Below, one piece after another: positions 12,121-24,799 of a stretch of 64,000 nt of DNA. Where the stretch lies: assembly GCA_002269645.1 (NCBI GenBank), contig NIVC01001468.1, positions 62,001 to 126,000 on the forward strand. The letters run 5' to 3'. The stretch's first letter is position 1. Every line of letters starts with the position of its first letter. A program made the position numbers and the translations under genes. Below the pieces are notes generated by a model. The model made no database searches, was not told where the DNA came from, and saw nothing but the letters and a program-made list of their open reading frames with translations. This DNA comes from Macrostomum lignano (taxonomy: Eukaryota).

Positions 12121-12884
12121 CCAACTCTTCTGACCCTTTATTTCTCCTTCTGACTCTCCGTAACTCTCCTAGTGCACTATAAACCTTCCCGCTGTCTTTC
12201 CGCTATTAGCTTTCTGCACTATTAGACCTAATCGGTGGGTTCATTGCGATTTTATCTAGTCAATAACGGCTACTATTGGCTAGTGATAGCGCATCCGGCA
12301 GTTGTCATGCGATCCAAGATTCTCCATTCTACACCTACCACTCGTAGATCCTTGATTTTACTCACCAATTAGAAAGCGATGATGACGCCTCTCTCTGGGG
12401 CCAGTTGCACTCAACTCGACAACAGCGGGATAATTAGTCAAGTGCGAGTCTCGCACAGGGGGGCACGGGCTGAAGAACCGTTGGATTAGAGTAGCCGAGG
12501 TGACACTGCCAGAATCGAGTGAGTAGGTGTGAGCAGGAGCTGAGTTAATCCCGGATTAGAGCAAGCTGAGTCGATACTCGATACATTGGAGACGCGCCTC
12601 GGGCCTCATCAGCTTGTAAAAGAAAGTAGAGACGCCAATTCAGTGTGAAATGCGAAAGACTAAAAAGCTTGTGTCAGATTTGCACCGGATCAGTCAGTGC
12701 GAGGGGGTGGGAGAAAGCTTTCTGGGGAAAGATCCTGAGGCCGGGGTTTCTTTCAAAGAAATCCCTTTGGGACTGAGCAGGCCCTAGAGAGTCGGAGCTC
12801 TGCACTTCTGTGCTTGCAGAATAAAATTTTGTTCGCACGCCAGGGTCTGCCTTTCTTGGCTCTTGCTTTGATCTGGGGCTGTTT

Positions 12885-13670
12885 ACTCTCTCTGACTCTC
12901 TCTGACACTCTGCCTCTGACTCTCTCTGATGCTCTCTGACTCTCTGACTCTCTGACTCTCTCTGACACTCTCTGACTCTCTCTGACACTCTGCCTCTGAC
13001 TCTCTCTGCCTCTCTCTGACTCTCTGACTCTCTGACTCTCTGACTCTCTCTGACACTCTCTGACTCTCTCTGACTCTCTCTGACACTCTGCCTCTGACTC
13101 TCTCTGCCTCTCTCTGACTCTCTGACTCTCTGACTCTCTGACTCTCTCTGACACTCTGCCTCTGACTCTCTCTGATGCTCTCTGACTCTCTCTGCCTCTC
13201 TCTGACTCTCTGACTCTCTGACTCTCTGACTCTCTCTGACTCTCTCTGACTCTCTCTGACTCTCTCTGACACTCTGCCTCTGACTCTCTCTGATGCTCTC
13301 TGACTCTCTCTGCCTCTCTCTGACTCTCTGACTCTCTGACTCTCTCTGACTCTCTCTGACCCTCTGTCTGACTCTCTGCCTCTGTGACCTTTTCTGACTC
13401 TTCTGCTTCTCCCTGCATCTCTGTACCTCTCTCTGACTCTCTCTGCCTCTCTGACTCTCTAACTCTCTCTGACCCTCTGTCTGACTCTCTGCCTCTGTGA
13501 CCTTTTCTGACTCTTCTGCTTCTCCCTGCATCTCTGTACCTCTCTCTGACTCTCTCTGCCTCTCTGACTCTCTAACTCTCTCTGATTCTCTCTCTGACTC
13601 TCTCTGCCTCTTTGACTTTCTGCTTCTTTGACTCTCTCTGCCTCTGTCTGACTCTCTCTCTCCCTCCCTG
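12885..13670. repeat. (tc)n-tgac satellite, right block
   Basis: Same unit family as the left block, separated by about 750 bp of unique DNA. Confidence 0.95.
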
Positions 13671-13781
13671 ACTTTTCTATCCCTCCGTCTGATTCTCCCC
13701 CATCTCATAATTCTGATTCTCCGCAACTCACCCGCTTCTCAAGCCCCATCACCCCTAACCACCTGCGCCCAACAACTGCAG

Positions 13782-14809
13782 GGCGCCACCGAGAAGCGCG
13801 AGATTCGACACTTCCAGTTCACGGCCTGGCCGGACCACGGCGTGCCCGAACACTGCGCCCCGCTGCTCATGTTCCTGCGCCGGGTGCGCGCCTCCAACCC
13901 GCCCGACGCCGGGCCAATTGTCGTCCACTGCAGCGCCGGCGTCGGCCGCACCGGCGCTTTCATCGTCATCGATGCTATGCTCGAACGGATGAAGCAGGAG
14001 AAGACGCTGGACGTCTACGGTCACGTGACCTGCCTGCGAGCGCAGCGGAACTACATGGTGCAGACTGAGGACCAGTACATCTTCATTCACGACTGCCTGG
14101 TGGAAGCGGTGACCTGCGGCAACACGGAGGTCCCGGCTCGAGCCCTGGCCAATCACGTGCACAAGCTGAGCCTGCTGGATGACCTGTCCGGAGTCAGCGG
14201 CCTGGAGCTGGAGTTCCGCAGCCTGGCCCAGATGAAGCCGCCAGCCTCGGCCAAGTTCACCAGCGCCAGCCTGCCAGCCAACAAGCTGAAGAACCGCCTG
14301 GTGAACATTTTGCCCTACGAGAACTGCCGTGTCTACCTGCAGCCGATACGCGGCGTCGAAGGCTCCGACTACATCAACGCCTCCTGGATCGACGGCTACA
14401 GGCAGCGGGCCTGCTACATCGCCACCCAAGGGCCGCTGCCGGACACCGCCGAGGACTTCTGGCGCATGCTGTGGGAGCACAACTCCACCATTGTGGTGAA
14501 CCTCACCAAACTGCGCGAGCAGGGCCGCGAGAAATGTCACCAGTATTGGCCTGGCGAGCGCTCGGCCCGCTACCAGTACTTTGTGGTTGACCCCATGGCA
14601 GAGTACAACATGCCCAGCTACATCCTGCGCGAGTTCAAGGTCACGGACGCCAGGGACGGCCAGTCCAGAACGGTGCGTCAGTTCCACTTCACCGAGTGGC
14701 CCGACCAGGGCGTGCCGAAATCTGGCGAAGGCTTCATCGAGTTTATCGGCCAGGTGCACAAAACCAAAGAGCAGTTTGGGCAGGACGGGCCGATCACCGT
14801 TCACTGCAG
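13782..14809 (+). CDS. Lar: LAR-type receptor PTP exon: end of D1 and most of D2
   Basis: Acceptor ctgcag|GGC; [27 protein letters not shown] (D1); [20 protein letters not shown] (D2); donor AG|GTGAGT at 14810, phase 2. Confidence 0.97.
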
Positions 14810-14894
14810 GTGAGTCAGGGAGCCGGCTGATGGACTGCTAGATAAACTAGTAGATAGACTAGTGTCTTAATAGGTATTCAGACTAGTGGATGAA

Positions 14895-15395
14895 TTAGTA
14901 GGCTGGCAGATAGATTGGTAGATACAAGCGTAGGCTGGCAGATTGATTGGTAGATACAAGCGTAGGCTGGCAGATAGATCGGTAGATACAAGCGTAGGCT
15001 GGCAGATAGATTGGTAGATACAAGCGTAGGCTGGCAGATAGATCGGTAGATACAAGCGTAGGCTGGCAGATAGATTGGTAGATACAAGCGTAGGCTGGCA
15101 GATAGATCGGTAGATACAAGCGTAGGCTGGCAGATAGATCGGTAGATACAAGCGTAGGCTGGCAGATAGATTGGTAGATACAAGCGTAGGCTGGCAGATA
15201 GATTGGTAGATACAAGCGTAGGCTGGCAGATAGATTGGTAGATACAAGCGTAGGCTGGCAGATAGATTGGTAGATACAAGCGTAGGCTGGCAGATAGATT
15301 GGTAGATACAAGCGTAGGCTGGCAGATAGATTGGTAGATACAAGCGTAGGCTGGCAGATAGATTGGTAGATACAAGCGTATGCTGGCAGATAGAT
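14895..15395. repeat. 32-bp minisatellite (gatagattggtagatacaagcgtaggctggca)
   Basis: Near-perfect units; 32-aa ORF period. Confidence 0.97.
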
Positions 15396-16059
15396 TGCCC
15401 GTCAGCTGAAGGCTGTGAGGCAGGAGCAGCCAGTGGGTCTCAACATCGCGAACTCATGAATAATTCTGCCGCACAGCATCGGGCAAGGCTGATAGAGACA
15501 CAGGCCGAGAGCTCCCGAGAGAGGGAGCGGAGGGGAGGCGGAGAGGCAGGCAGCAGCGTCTCGCCGCCTGCGGTCTGGAATGACGGCAGTAAAACCGACA
15601 ATGGAAGACGCGACACTCCCTTGCTTTATTGACCCACTGGGGGGCTGGGGGCACTTCTATGCGCTGGATGCTGGGGAAGGGGGGGTGTTTCAGCTGGCAA
15701 AGTTTTTATGGCCAAGCCGCACGCCTGCATGGCACCTTGCGATCGGTGGCTGTTAAAGCTTAAGCTAGATTTATCGAATATATTTATATAAGAGCGGAGT
15801 TAATTGCTCTGACTTGCTATTCGACATTCGGTTCTATGGGAATCTAAGCAGGATACGATACGGTGCATTGAATTCTTGCAGTTTGAAGTGCAGCTGCCGC
15901 GTCCTTGATAGATCCATCACCGCAAATTGATTTATGCCTACCTATGTTTCTTGAACTACATTGCGCGCTGAAAGAATGAAAGTTGTATTTTGTTATACTA
16001 CTCAGCTAATAAGTAGGTAACCCACTATTCAAAAAGATCATAGCTTAGTATCTTGACGC

Positions 16060-16505
16060 GGTTAGGTCACGTGACCCATATTCATACCCTAGAATCCGAA
16101 GAGGGCAAAATACCCCTACTCATTCCCCAGCATCCGCGGAGGTCAAGTGACCCCTAATCATACCCTAGCATTCGGGACGTCAAGTGAACCCTACTCATTC
16201 CCAGCATCCGGGGAGGTCAAGTGACCCGGCCATATTCATTCCCTAGCATCTGAGTTCAATTGACCCCTATTTATACCCTAGCATAGCATCTAAGGAGGTC
16301 AATTGATCCCTATTCATACTGTAGCATCCGGGGAGGTCAATCGACTCCTACTCATACCGTAGCATCCGGGGAGGTCAATTGACCCCTAATCATATCCTAT
16401 CTAAGGAGGTCAAGTGACCCCTAATTCATACCCTCTAGAATCCAGGGAGGTCAATTGACCCCTATTCATACCCTAGCATCTAAGAAGGGATCAAGTCACG
16501 TGACC
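16060..16505. repeat. Degenerate ~40-bp repeat (gtcaagtgacccctattcataccctagcatccgggag)
   Basis: About 11 diverged units ending about 30 nt before the LAR acceptor. Confidence 0.8.
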
Positions 16506-16534
16506 CTAGAGTCTCGTCCCCACTGAACCCGCAG

Positions 16535-16739
16535 CGCCGGAGTCGGCCGCACCGGAGTCTTCCTGACCCTGGCCGTGGTGCTGGAGCGCATGCGCTACGA
16601 AGGCGTGGTTGACATGTACCAGACTGTGCGCACCCTGCGCACCCAGCGGCCAGCCATGGTGCAGACCGAGGACCAGTACCAGTTCTGCTACACCGCCGCG
16701 CTGGAGTACCTGTCCTCGTTTGATCACTACGCGGCTTAA
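16535..16739 (+). CDS. Lar: LAR-type receptor PTP last exon (end of D2)
   Basis: Acceptor ccgcag|C completes [10 protein letters not shown]; ...[27 protein letters not shown] then TAA 16737-16739, the typical LAR C-terminus. Confidence 0.96.
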
Positions 16740-17267
16740 ATCCAACTTGAATCGGAGCATGGATTTGCTACTGTCAGTAGATTGTCGGTGTAAGAACAGC
16801 AAATTGCGATCATTTATTATAAAAAGGAACATAGCCGCAACTGCATAGCTAGCTAATAAATTATTAAGCCAAAAATGTGCGTCTAAGAGATTCACTGATG
16901 CGTCTGTCTGTTCTTTTTCACCTGCTTTGGGTCTGCGTTTTTTTACAAGCAATACAGTTGCAATGGCAATCAGCACTGCACTACGCTAGTACCAACATTG
17001 TACATCAATACCGATATTATAGTGTTCATTTATAATACTATTCTTCATTTCATACCTGTATTATGCGTGAACTAATGAGTCATGTTAATGTTTGTTGCGC
17101 CACTATGACAATTTAATTCTGTTCGCATCAGGCATTAGTCATAAAACTCCGGCCCTGCTTTCTGCCTGTCGCCTCAAGCAGAAACGGAGTATAAATTTTA
17201 CCGTTGGTTTGAAATGCGGGTTTTTTACGTTTCTATTTTAAGAAAATGCGCTTGACTACCAGTTTTG

Positions 17268-17822
17268 AACCCTGTCTAACACCAAGGTGCCCTGTCTAAC
17301 ATCCAGGCGCCCTGTCTAACACTTAGGCAACCTGTCTAACATCCAGGCCCCCTGTCTAACAGCCAGGCGCCCTGTCTAACACCCAGGCAACCTGTATAAC
17401 ACCCAGGCAACCTGTCTAACATCCAGACTCTGTCTAACAACTAGGCGCCCTATCTAACACCCAGTCTCTCTGTCTAACAGCTAGGCGCCCTGTCTAACAC
17501 CCAGGCAACCTGTCTAACACCCAGGCAACCTGTCTAACATCCAGGCCCCCTGTCTAACAGCCAGGCGCCCTGTCTAACACCCAGGCAACCTGTATAACAT
17601 CCAGACTCTGTCTAACAACTAGGCGCCCTATCTAACACCCAGTCTCTCTAACAGCTAGGCGCCCTGTCTAACACTTAGGCAACCTGTCTAACATCCAGGC
17701 CCCCTGTCTAACAGCAAGGCGCCCTGTCCTGTCTAACACCCAGGCAACCTGTCTAACACCCAGGCAACCTGTCTAACATCCAAGCCCCCTGTCTAACATC
17801 CAAGCCCCTAGTCTAACATCTA
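17268..17822. repeat. 20-bp minisatellite (cctgtctaacacccaggcaa)
   Basis: Tandem units downstream of LAR. Confidence 0.93.
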
Positions 17823-18691
17823 GCCGAACTTTCAAACTCGTATAGGTAAAATCGCGTTGAATTCTATAAAATCACCAAATTTGTAAATGACAATGTCCGC
17901 TTGTTTTGTTTGGTCAAGTTTTACCTTTCATTTATGTTGATTTTTTCTAAAAATTGAAAATGTCAATCCAATTGCAAATTATTAATGCATAGGATAAATT
18001 CATTGGCGTTAAAAGTACACTAAACAATTTGTACATCGCCGTATTGCTTCGAATATTTATAGCAGCGATTTACTACTGCGAGTAATGCAAACAGATTTTG
18101 CATGCTTCTACTGTTTTCATATAGCTTTTTGCATTTTCCAAGATCTTACCGAAGCGTTTGTGTTGATTATTTGTGCTGTTAATAAAGAAATGCATAAATA
18201 TGCATATTGCTAATTAAATAATTTCCTTAGTAACAAATACATTGTCAATATTTTTCCCATTTCGGTCGTAAGAGAAGTCCCTTCCCCCCAGTTCGAATCT
18301 CTGCCCACGAATCTTGCTTGTTGTGTCAGGATTTCTTATCTAACTGGTTTCTTTCTAAGTGTGATGCTGGCAGTAAATATTTGTTAATATAATCATCTTG
18401 TCCGACTTCAATAACAGCTATATGCAGTTGTATGATTATTCGGCTTATTCTGTTTCCGCTTTTTATATTTATTTATTAAGCTAAGAGCGTCTCGGTCATG
18501 TTCCTCACTCTCATTGCTTGCTACAAATTGGTTTAGTGTCTAGCTGATTCAATGAAAATTACATAAATTCCTTTACTATTGTACCTCTCAGTAAAATTGC
18601 TCCATTGGATAAAATTTAATATACTGGACTTTCTGTGCCTTTTTTATTTCTCAAGCAGCTCAGTGGTAAACACGTCTGATTTTCAACCACA

Positions 18692-19085
18692 AATCTCACC
18701 CCAACAAAGACCTAATGTCACAAATCTCACCCCATAAAAGACCTAATGCCACAAATCTCACCCCAACAAAGACCTAATGCCACAAATCTCACCCCAACAA
18801 AGACCTAATGCCACAAATCTCACCCCAACAAAGACCTAATGCCACAAACCCCATCCCAACAAAGACCTAATGCCACAAATCTCACCTTAGCCAAGAGCCA
18901 ATCCCACAAATCTCATCCCAGCCAAGACACAATCCAACAAATCTCACCCCAGCCAAGACCCAATGACACAAATCTCACGACACGATCCCACAAGTCTCAC
19001 CCAGCCAAGACCCAATGACACAAATCTTACGACACGATCCCACAAATCTCACCCCAGCCGAGACCTAAACTCAAAAGTCTCACCC
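18692..19085. repeat. 31-bp minisatellite (ccacaaatctcaccccaacaaagacctaatg)
   Basis: Units degenerate toward the right end. Confidence 0.9.
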
Positions 19086-19321
19086 TATGTCCCCATTTAA
19101 ACTATTTAAATAATATCAAATTTTGCTTCATAAAAAATTATTCTGTGTAGTGGGAAGAAAAGCAAATATGCAGGTAACAAAGGAGTTACGAATGAATTAA
19201 TTATAATGACTCCTTACAGATTTATACCGATAATATTTCGAACCAGTATACATATACGCCATTCGGCAGGAAACGATATTATCAATACGAAATGCAGGTT
19301 TGCAAGTCAGGCATGCAAAAG

Positions 19322-19885
19322 TCACTGCGCATCTTCAAACTGGTCGGTGTCCATCGGCTGGTCGCCGTTGCTGTCACCGGCGTCACCAACCAGCAGGTGA
19401 TCAAAATCGGGCCCGTCATCCTCGTCATCATCATCTTCATTCTCAGCCTCCTCAGCCTCAGCTTCATAGCGAAACTCCTGACCATTTAAATCGCGATCGT
19501 AGCTAGCATTGTCTGCGGCAGCCAGAATAGTCTGGCAGTTGGACATCGCACTGAACAGAATCTGCAGGCTGTCCCCGTCAGACTGCGGCGGGCACAGGCG
19601 AATCTCTTCAGGCGTCTCGGCGCCATCCAGCAGCGCCATCAGCAGGAGATGCGGCCGGCCGGAGGCGCCGCCGGAGCCAGTTTTGGACAGGGCGTGAGCG
19701 TACACGGCCGAGTGTGGCAATGCGAACTGGCGGCCTGGCCCAGACCAGGTGAGACAGTTCTCATTGATCTGGAGCAGGCCAGAGCCCAGGCACTCTGCGC
19801 CAAGCCAGGCTTCAGTGTCTGGCTGGGTGTGCTGAAACAGTCTCGGTTGCTGCTGCTGCTGCTGCTGCTGTGTAGCAATGTCCAT
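19322..19885 (-). CDS. CLNS1A: Methylosome subunit pICln (Sm-protein chaperone), single exon, 187 aa
   Basis: QPDTEAWL...LGSGLLQI.E..LTW, HALS, EIRLCP, LFSAMSNCQ, acidic tract and C-terminal QFEDA match the pICln pattern. Confidence 0.88.
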   Translation of the reverse strand: MDIATQQQQQQQQPRLFQHTQPDTEAWLGAECLGSGLLQINENCLTWSGPGRQFALPHSAVYAHALSKTGSGGASGRPHLLLMALLDGAETPEEIRLCPPQSDGDSLQILFSAMSNCQTILAAADNASYDRDLNGQEFRYEAEAEEAENEDDDDEDDGPDFDHLLVGDAGDSNGDQPMDTDQFEDAQ

Positions 19886-20674
19886 TGATTCTTAGAAAGC
19901 AGAGTTTTAAACATGCAATTTAATGTATGGTGTTCAATAATGTTATTGCATATGATTAGATGTAGACTAATGACTATTCTATAGTGGAATGAACAATAAC
20001 AATTTTATTAATAGTTGAGATATACTAGATAAGCAATAATTACAATTCATCTATAATTCTAGTTACAAGGATAATATAGTAAAACAAGTGCATATAATAA
20101 TAGAAAGCAATATACTTGTATTACAAAGCTTTTTTTCATAAAGTTTTCTCTTACATTCATAATTGAAAATAAAAATTATCAAAAAAATAGCTAAATACTT
20201 TGCAAAGCTTAAAACTACTGAAAAGTTTATTTTCAACTATAAGTTTTCTCATCCTATTTCAGCAAAATTGAATTCTATTTTATCCATGGTGCCTTCTACC
20301 TATAGTAAGTGCATTTTTTAGTGAGAGGATGCTTATGTATAAATAAGTAATACATTAAACTTTGTTATCAATGAGAATATGAGGAATATTTGTTTGTTTG
20401 TATTGTCAAAAAGTTTAATAGTATTAATAAAAAAGCAATAACAAAGGATTGAACAATAAAAAAGCATTAAAAGTTTCCAAAGTCAAATACTATCAAAAAA
20501 TTATTTTAGTTATTTAGCTATTAAAAAATTAAATTATTATAATAGAGTGCCTAACACTGATTGTTACAAAGGTTTTTCCTATTATAGCTACTTTCCCAGT
20601 TTTTGAATTGGGAAAGGAAAAGGAAAAGAAAAGCTTAAAAAAGGTATATTGATATATATTTAGATATAGAAATT

Positions 20675-21034
20675 AGGGGGCCGTAGCCCAGCGGTAGCGC
20701 AGCTGCTCTGGTGTGCCAGCAACCCAGGCTCAATTCCAAGTGCAGTCACATTAATTTGGGGCTGAATTGGAATCTCGGCTTGGCTTTGCTCATGTAATTA
20801 ACAGCCTTGTGAGCCAACCCCCAAGGCGCAGTGAAGTGTACATGCCTAACGATAAAAAAAAGTTAGGGCCACTGTACACTCCTGTGTGAGTGTGTGCCTG
20901 CGTACGTATCCGCGCGCTTGTATGCCTGCTCAGGGGAGTCGGCGGAATGGGCAGTAATGCCTCTCGCCGGTTGTGTGCCTATGTTGCTTAAAGTGCGCCA
21001 GGGTGCACACAACCCCCTGCCCCTAATAAAAAAA
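20675..21034 (+). mobile_element. tRNA-derived SINE copy A with 14-bp TSD
   Basis: A-box TAGCCCAGCGG, B-box-like GGCTCAATTCC, 3' AATAAAAAAA; TAGATATAGAAATT at 20661-20674 and 21035-21048. Confidence 0.88.
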
Positions 21035-21468
21035 TAGATATAGAAATTGGTTAATTTTTTAAAAATTAAAAAAATATTATTTAAACCCAGGTTTAAGCAA
21101 AACTTATCATTTGTTGTGCCTAAAAGGCAAAATGCATTACAAAAGTTTTGAAAATTTAAGATATAATACAAAATTTTTGTGCATTTTTTAGTTGACCAAT
21201 TTTCAGACAAAAGTAAGAGGCAATCATTTGGTTTCCCACATTAAATTATTTTAACATGTGTTACACACCATAGTTTGGATTGTGTATTAGTGTACACTGG
21301 GGTTTAATGCCAGAAAAAAGGACAAGACCTTGTTTATATGTTAGGTTTGTGCACCAATATGAAAAATTTTTAATTTGACACAATGTATGTGCTGTGTCAT
21401 ATACACCAGGATATACCTTGATATATGCTGAAAAATAGTACACAAGACCCTTGTTGTATGCTAGGAAA

Positions 21469-21573
21469 TCCTAGTATATATGTCGCCCTCCAAATTATGG
21501 GTTATATATTCTAGTGTTATTAATATTACCATGGCTAATCCTCTTCTAGATTAGCCATTATCATTCACTCTAG
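21469..21573 (+). mobile_element. Helitron 3' terminus (possibly a 105-bp mini element)
   Basis: Perfect 10-bp hairpin ATGGCTAATC/GATTAGCCAT (21531-21558), 11 nt later CTAG|T; candidate A|TC 5' end at 21469. Confidence 0.55.
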
Positions 21574-22676
21574 TGCAACTGACTGACTAACTGACTAGTT
21601 TCCTGTATCATCTTTTGTCATTTTTTTGTTTTGTTCACGTCTGTTGTGCCTTTCAAACTTATTTTATATAATTTATAATATCATATCATATTAAAATAAT
21701 TGAACCCAAGAAACTAAGGTGAAAGATTGCCAAGCAAGGTGTTTTTTATTTAGGCAAATAATATTTATTAAATAAAAAATTGTTAGTTTCTTGCTTAGTT
21801 CAGTGCAGTGTGTCTTAGTTCAGTTTAGTTTAATTCCTGAAACATTGAAAACTCTCAAAATATCACTGGAGTCATTACTTTTAAGTCCACATTAAATAGT
21901 TAAATAAATATATATTGTCTTAGTTTTACACTTTAATGGTTTATTTAAAAAAATGCTTATAATTCAGATTGCAAATCTCTTTTTGGACCTACTATTAGTC
22001 TTAGGACCTAACATATGCTTAACAAATGCAATGTATAGATTTTTGTGATAAACTTATTATTTACAAATTGAATATGATAGAATTAGAGATCTAATTCTAA
22101 AAATTCTTATTTAAAAATAAAAAAATATAGAACAGTATTTTAAAATACAATAGGCCCTAATCCCTTTGCTTTGACAAATTTCGTTGTGATCAGTAAATTT
22201 TTGTAAATAGCCATATAGAAAGACCAAAGAAACGACATCAAAAGTTAACTTAAGGAGCAAAAATGGAAAATTCTTGGAAATTAAATTAATCTGTTGCGGT
22301 GCAACCTATCGTCGGTGCACTTCCTTTCGGAAAATACGAACGAACGAACGAAGCCTAATTACGGCGCCCTCTGATTTTCCCATTTACCATACGGGTAACG
22401 CCCAATAATATAGTTTTCTAATAAATAAAAATTTAAATTTACCAGTAGGTAGTAACAAACGTTTTAATTTTTTATTAAAGCCAAGTAGAAGTCATTAACT
22501 ATATAGTTGTACAAATATTTTAATTTTTAGGATATATTAAAATTTCACTTGTAGAAAAAATTAACATTTTGTATTTGGCTTCCTATTGATATTACAAATT
22601 GTATTTTTCTGCGAAAATTTTAAGGAAGTGGAAAGCTTTGCATGCAAACTCTTTTAACTAATTATCTTGTGCTAAA

Positions 22677-22737
22677 ATGGCTGCGAAGATATTTTGTATC
22701 GTATTATTTTTAGCCTTGAGCGATTTTTTACTTCGAG
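22677..22737 (+). CDS. Lachesin/IgLON-like protein exon 1 (signal peptide)
   Basis: aaaATG then MAAKIFCIVLFLALSDFLLR, donor G|GTGGGT in phase 1, which joins the phase-1 acceptor at 24130 to give ...LLRVSA/IRPAIVE. Confidence 0.7.
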
Positions 22738-23827
22738 GTGGGTGTTTTTTGTGTTTACTTTTCTATTTTTCATAATCATAGTTCATAATTGTTCAGAGAC
22801 TTCTCAGTTGTGGTTGTGGAACAGTTTTGAGAGGTTGAGCCAAAAAAGATATATTTAGTTCATTGGTATAGTCAAGGAATTAGCCTAGTTGATGCCAACA
22901 AAATTCTAAGAAAGCACCATCTTAATATAAAATGTGATTGAATTCATAAGCATAGGCATAGACATAGAAAAAGGTCAGGATGATTCTGTTTTCTATAGAA
23001 TTTTCCCACATAATAAGGATTTTTGATATAGACTCCACAAAAAACAGGATATCTGGTTATAATTTATATTTAGATGAACAATTTTTTTTCACCTATACGG
23101 TATATAGATAAGCCATCTTGTGGTTTAGACTTTAAAAATAATTTTGTGCAATCAATGAATCATCTTGACTATGAGCAATTATATTGTTGTTAAACATTTT
23201 TTCAAGTTTTAATTCTTTCATCTTGGATAATAGATTAAAATATGTGTAAATTAATTGCACTTATAATAATAACAAGTTGTTAGATTGCTAGTTTAGAATA
23301 AGATTAAAAGTACTAAACTATGATTTCAAAAGTGGCAAATTAAAGCAGGTTGGATAAAGTGAAGAAATATACTTAAATTTAGTATTACAATTGTAATATA
23401 TTGTATATATTAAAAGTGGGTTAATTCATTTATTACATAATCCATATACTCCTAGGCAAAAATATCATTCTAAGAACTCCAAAAAACTAGCTCGAGTGGG
23501 CCAGTAGTATCCTTTAGTCTCCACAATCAAACTTGCCACTGTTTAATTGAATTAAAAAATCGAAATGGATATGCCTATCATTTATGAAGATGGAACTATA
23601 TATATTGAAGTTTTTTAAAGCTAGATATATGAATTTCACCTTGGTTATTGATTAGATTAAATTGGATATGTGACTTTTTCATTAAACTTTGATAATCTAC
23701 TTACAAGTTAATAATAGGAAAATCTATGACAGTATATTATTAACTTTTTATTTTTTGGATATCTAGATAGAGATATTGCCTTATACACTATTATTTTAGT
23801 TTTTGTAGTTGGCAACTTCAATTTGAA

Positions 23828-24090
23828 GGAGTGTAGCCAAGTGGTCTAGCTACAGTCCAGTCACATTACTCATAGTTTGTGTGCCTTAAAATCTTGGCTT
23901 GGCTCTGCTTGTGCAATTAACACCCTTGAGGGCCAACCACCAAGGCACAGTGAAGTGTACATGCTTAAAGATAAATGAAGTTAGGGCCGCTGTATGCTCC
24001 TGTGTGAGTGTGTGCCTGTTCAGGGGAGTCATTAGAATGGACAGTAATGCCTCTCGCCAGTTGTGGGACAATATGGCTAAATGGTCCTTT
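23828..24090 (+). mobile_element. Diverged copy C of the SINE family in lachesin-like intron 1
   Basis: Shares cttgagggccaacc..aaggc.cagtgaagtgtacatgc..aaagttagggccgctgta..gtgtgagtgtgtgcctg..caggggagtc..gtaatgcctctcgcc with copies A and B. Confidence 0.8.
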
Positions 24091-24130
24091 CAATTAACTG
24101 GCTTCATCAACCACTCTCCACTATGCACAG

Positions 24131-24573
24131 TTTCTGCAATTCGGCCAGCAATCGTTGAGAACATAGTGACAGAGGTGCGGCCCATAGACAGCACGGCCAC
24201 CCTGAACTGCTCCGTGGCGCTGTTCAGCAACCCGCCCGAGCGAGTGCAGTGGTACAAACTCTTGCCCGGCCAAAGCGACAAGGCCATCAGCGCCGGCACG
24301 AAGATCACTGAGCAGAACCCGATCCTGCAGGGTGACATGCTGAAATATGAAGTCCGCAGCCGGCCTGGCCGAACCGTGTTCATCCCGGACATGGGCTACA
24401 CTGACGTCACCACCTTCACGCTGCTCATCCGCCGACTCACCAACCTGGACGCTGCCAATTACAAATGCCGGATTAATGTGCCCGGCTCGCCAGCTGACTC
24501 GCCCGAGGTTGTTGCCACGCTGATCGTGCCAAGGGAACCGTTTATTAACCCGGCCGAGGTCACCAACAATCAG
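24131..24573 (+). CDS. Lachesin/IgLON-like protein exon 2 (Ig1)
   Basis: Acceptor gcacag|; TATLNCSV..VQWYK..FTLLIRRL...DAANYKC Ig pattern; donor CAG|GTGCGC. Confidence 0.88.
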
Positions 24574-24799
24574 GTGCGCTGCAGTGTCGGTTGAAGCTTG
24601 TTCTAATTAGTGACCAGTGGCCATCATGTTCTGATTCAAAGCCATGAGGGCTGACGATTAGAAAGTCTGTGCAGCCTGTACACCCTGTGTGAGCGTGTGT
24701 ACAGTGTACAACAGTCTGCGTACATTATAATTAATGTGCAGAATTGCCGTATTACTAATACAATAAGCCGGCATTGTTCCCCAATACCCGCATTCGCAG

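Noticed and set aside
13755-14804. Long antisense ORFs over LAR, NO66 and the Q-rich exon
   Set aside because: Expected shadow ORFs of GC-rich codon usage.
23899-24130. 77-codon N-terminal extension of the Ig ORF
   Set aside because: It is SINE-derived intron sequence with no signal peptide; a phase-compatible signal exon exists at 22677-22737.
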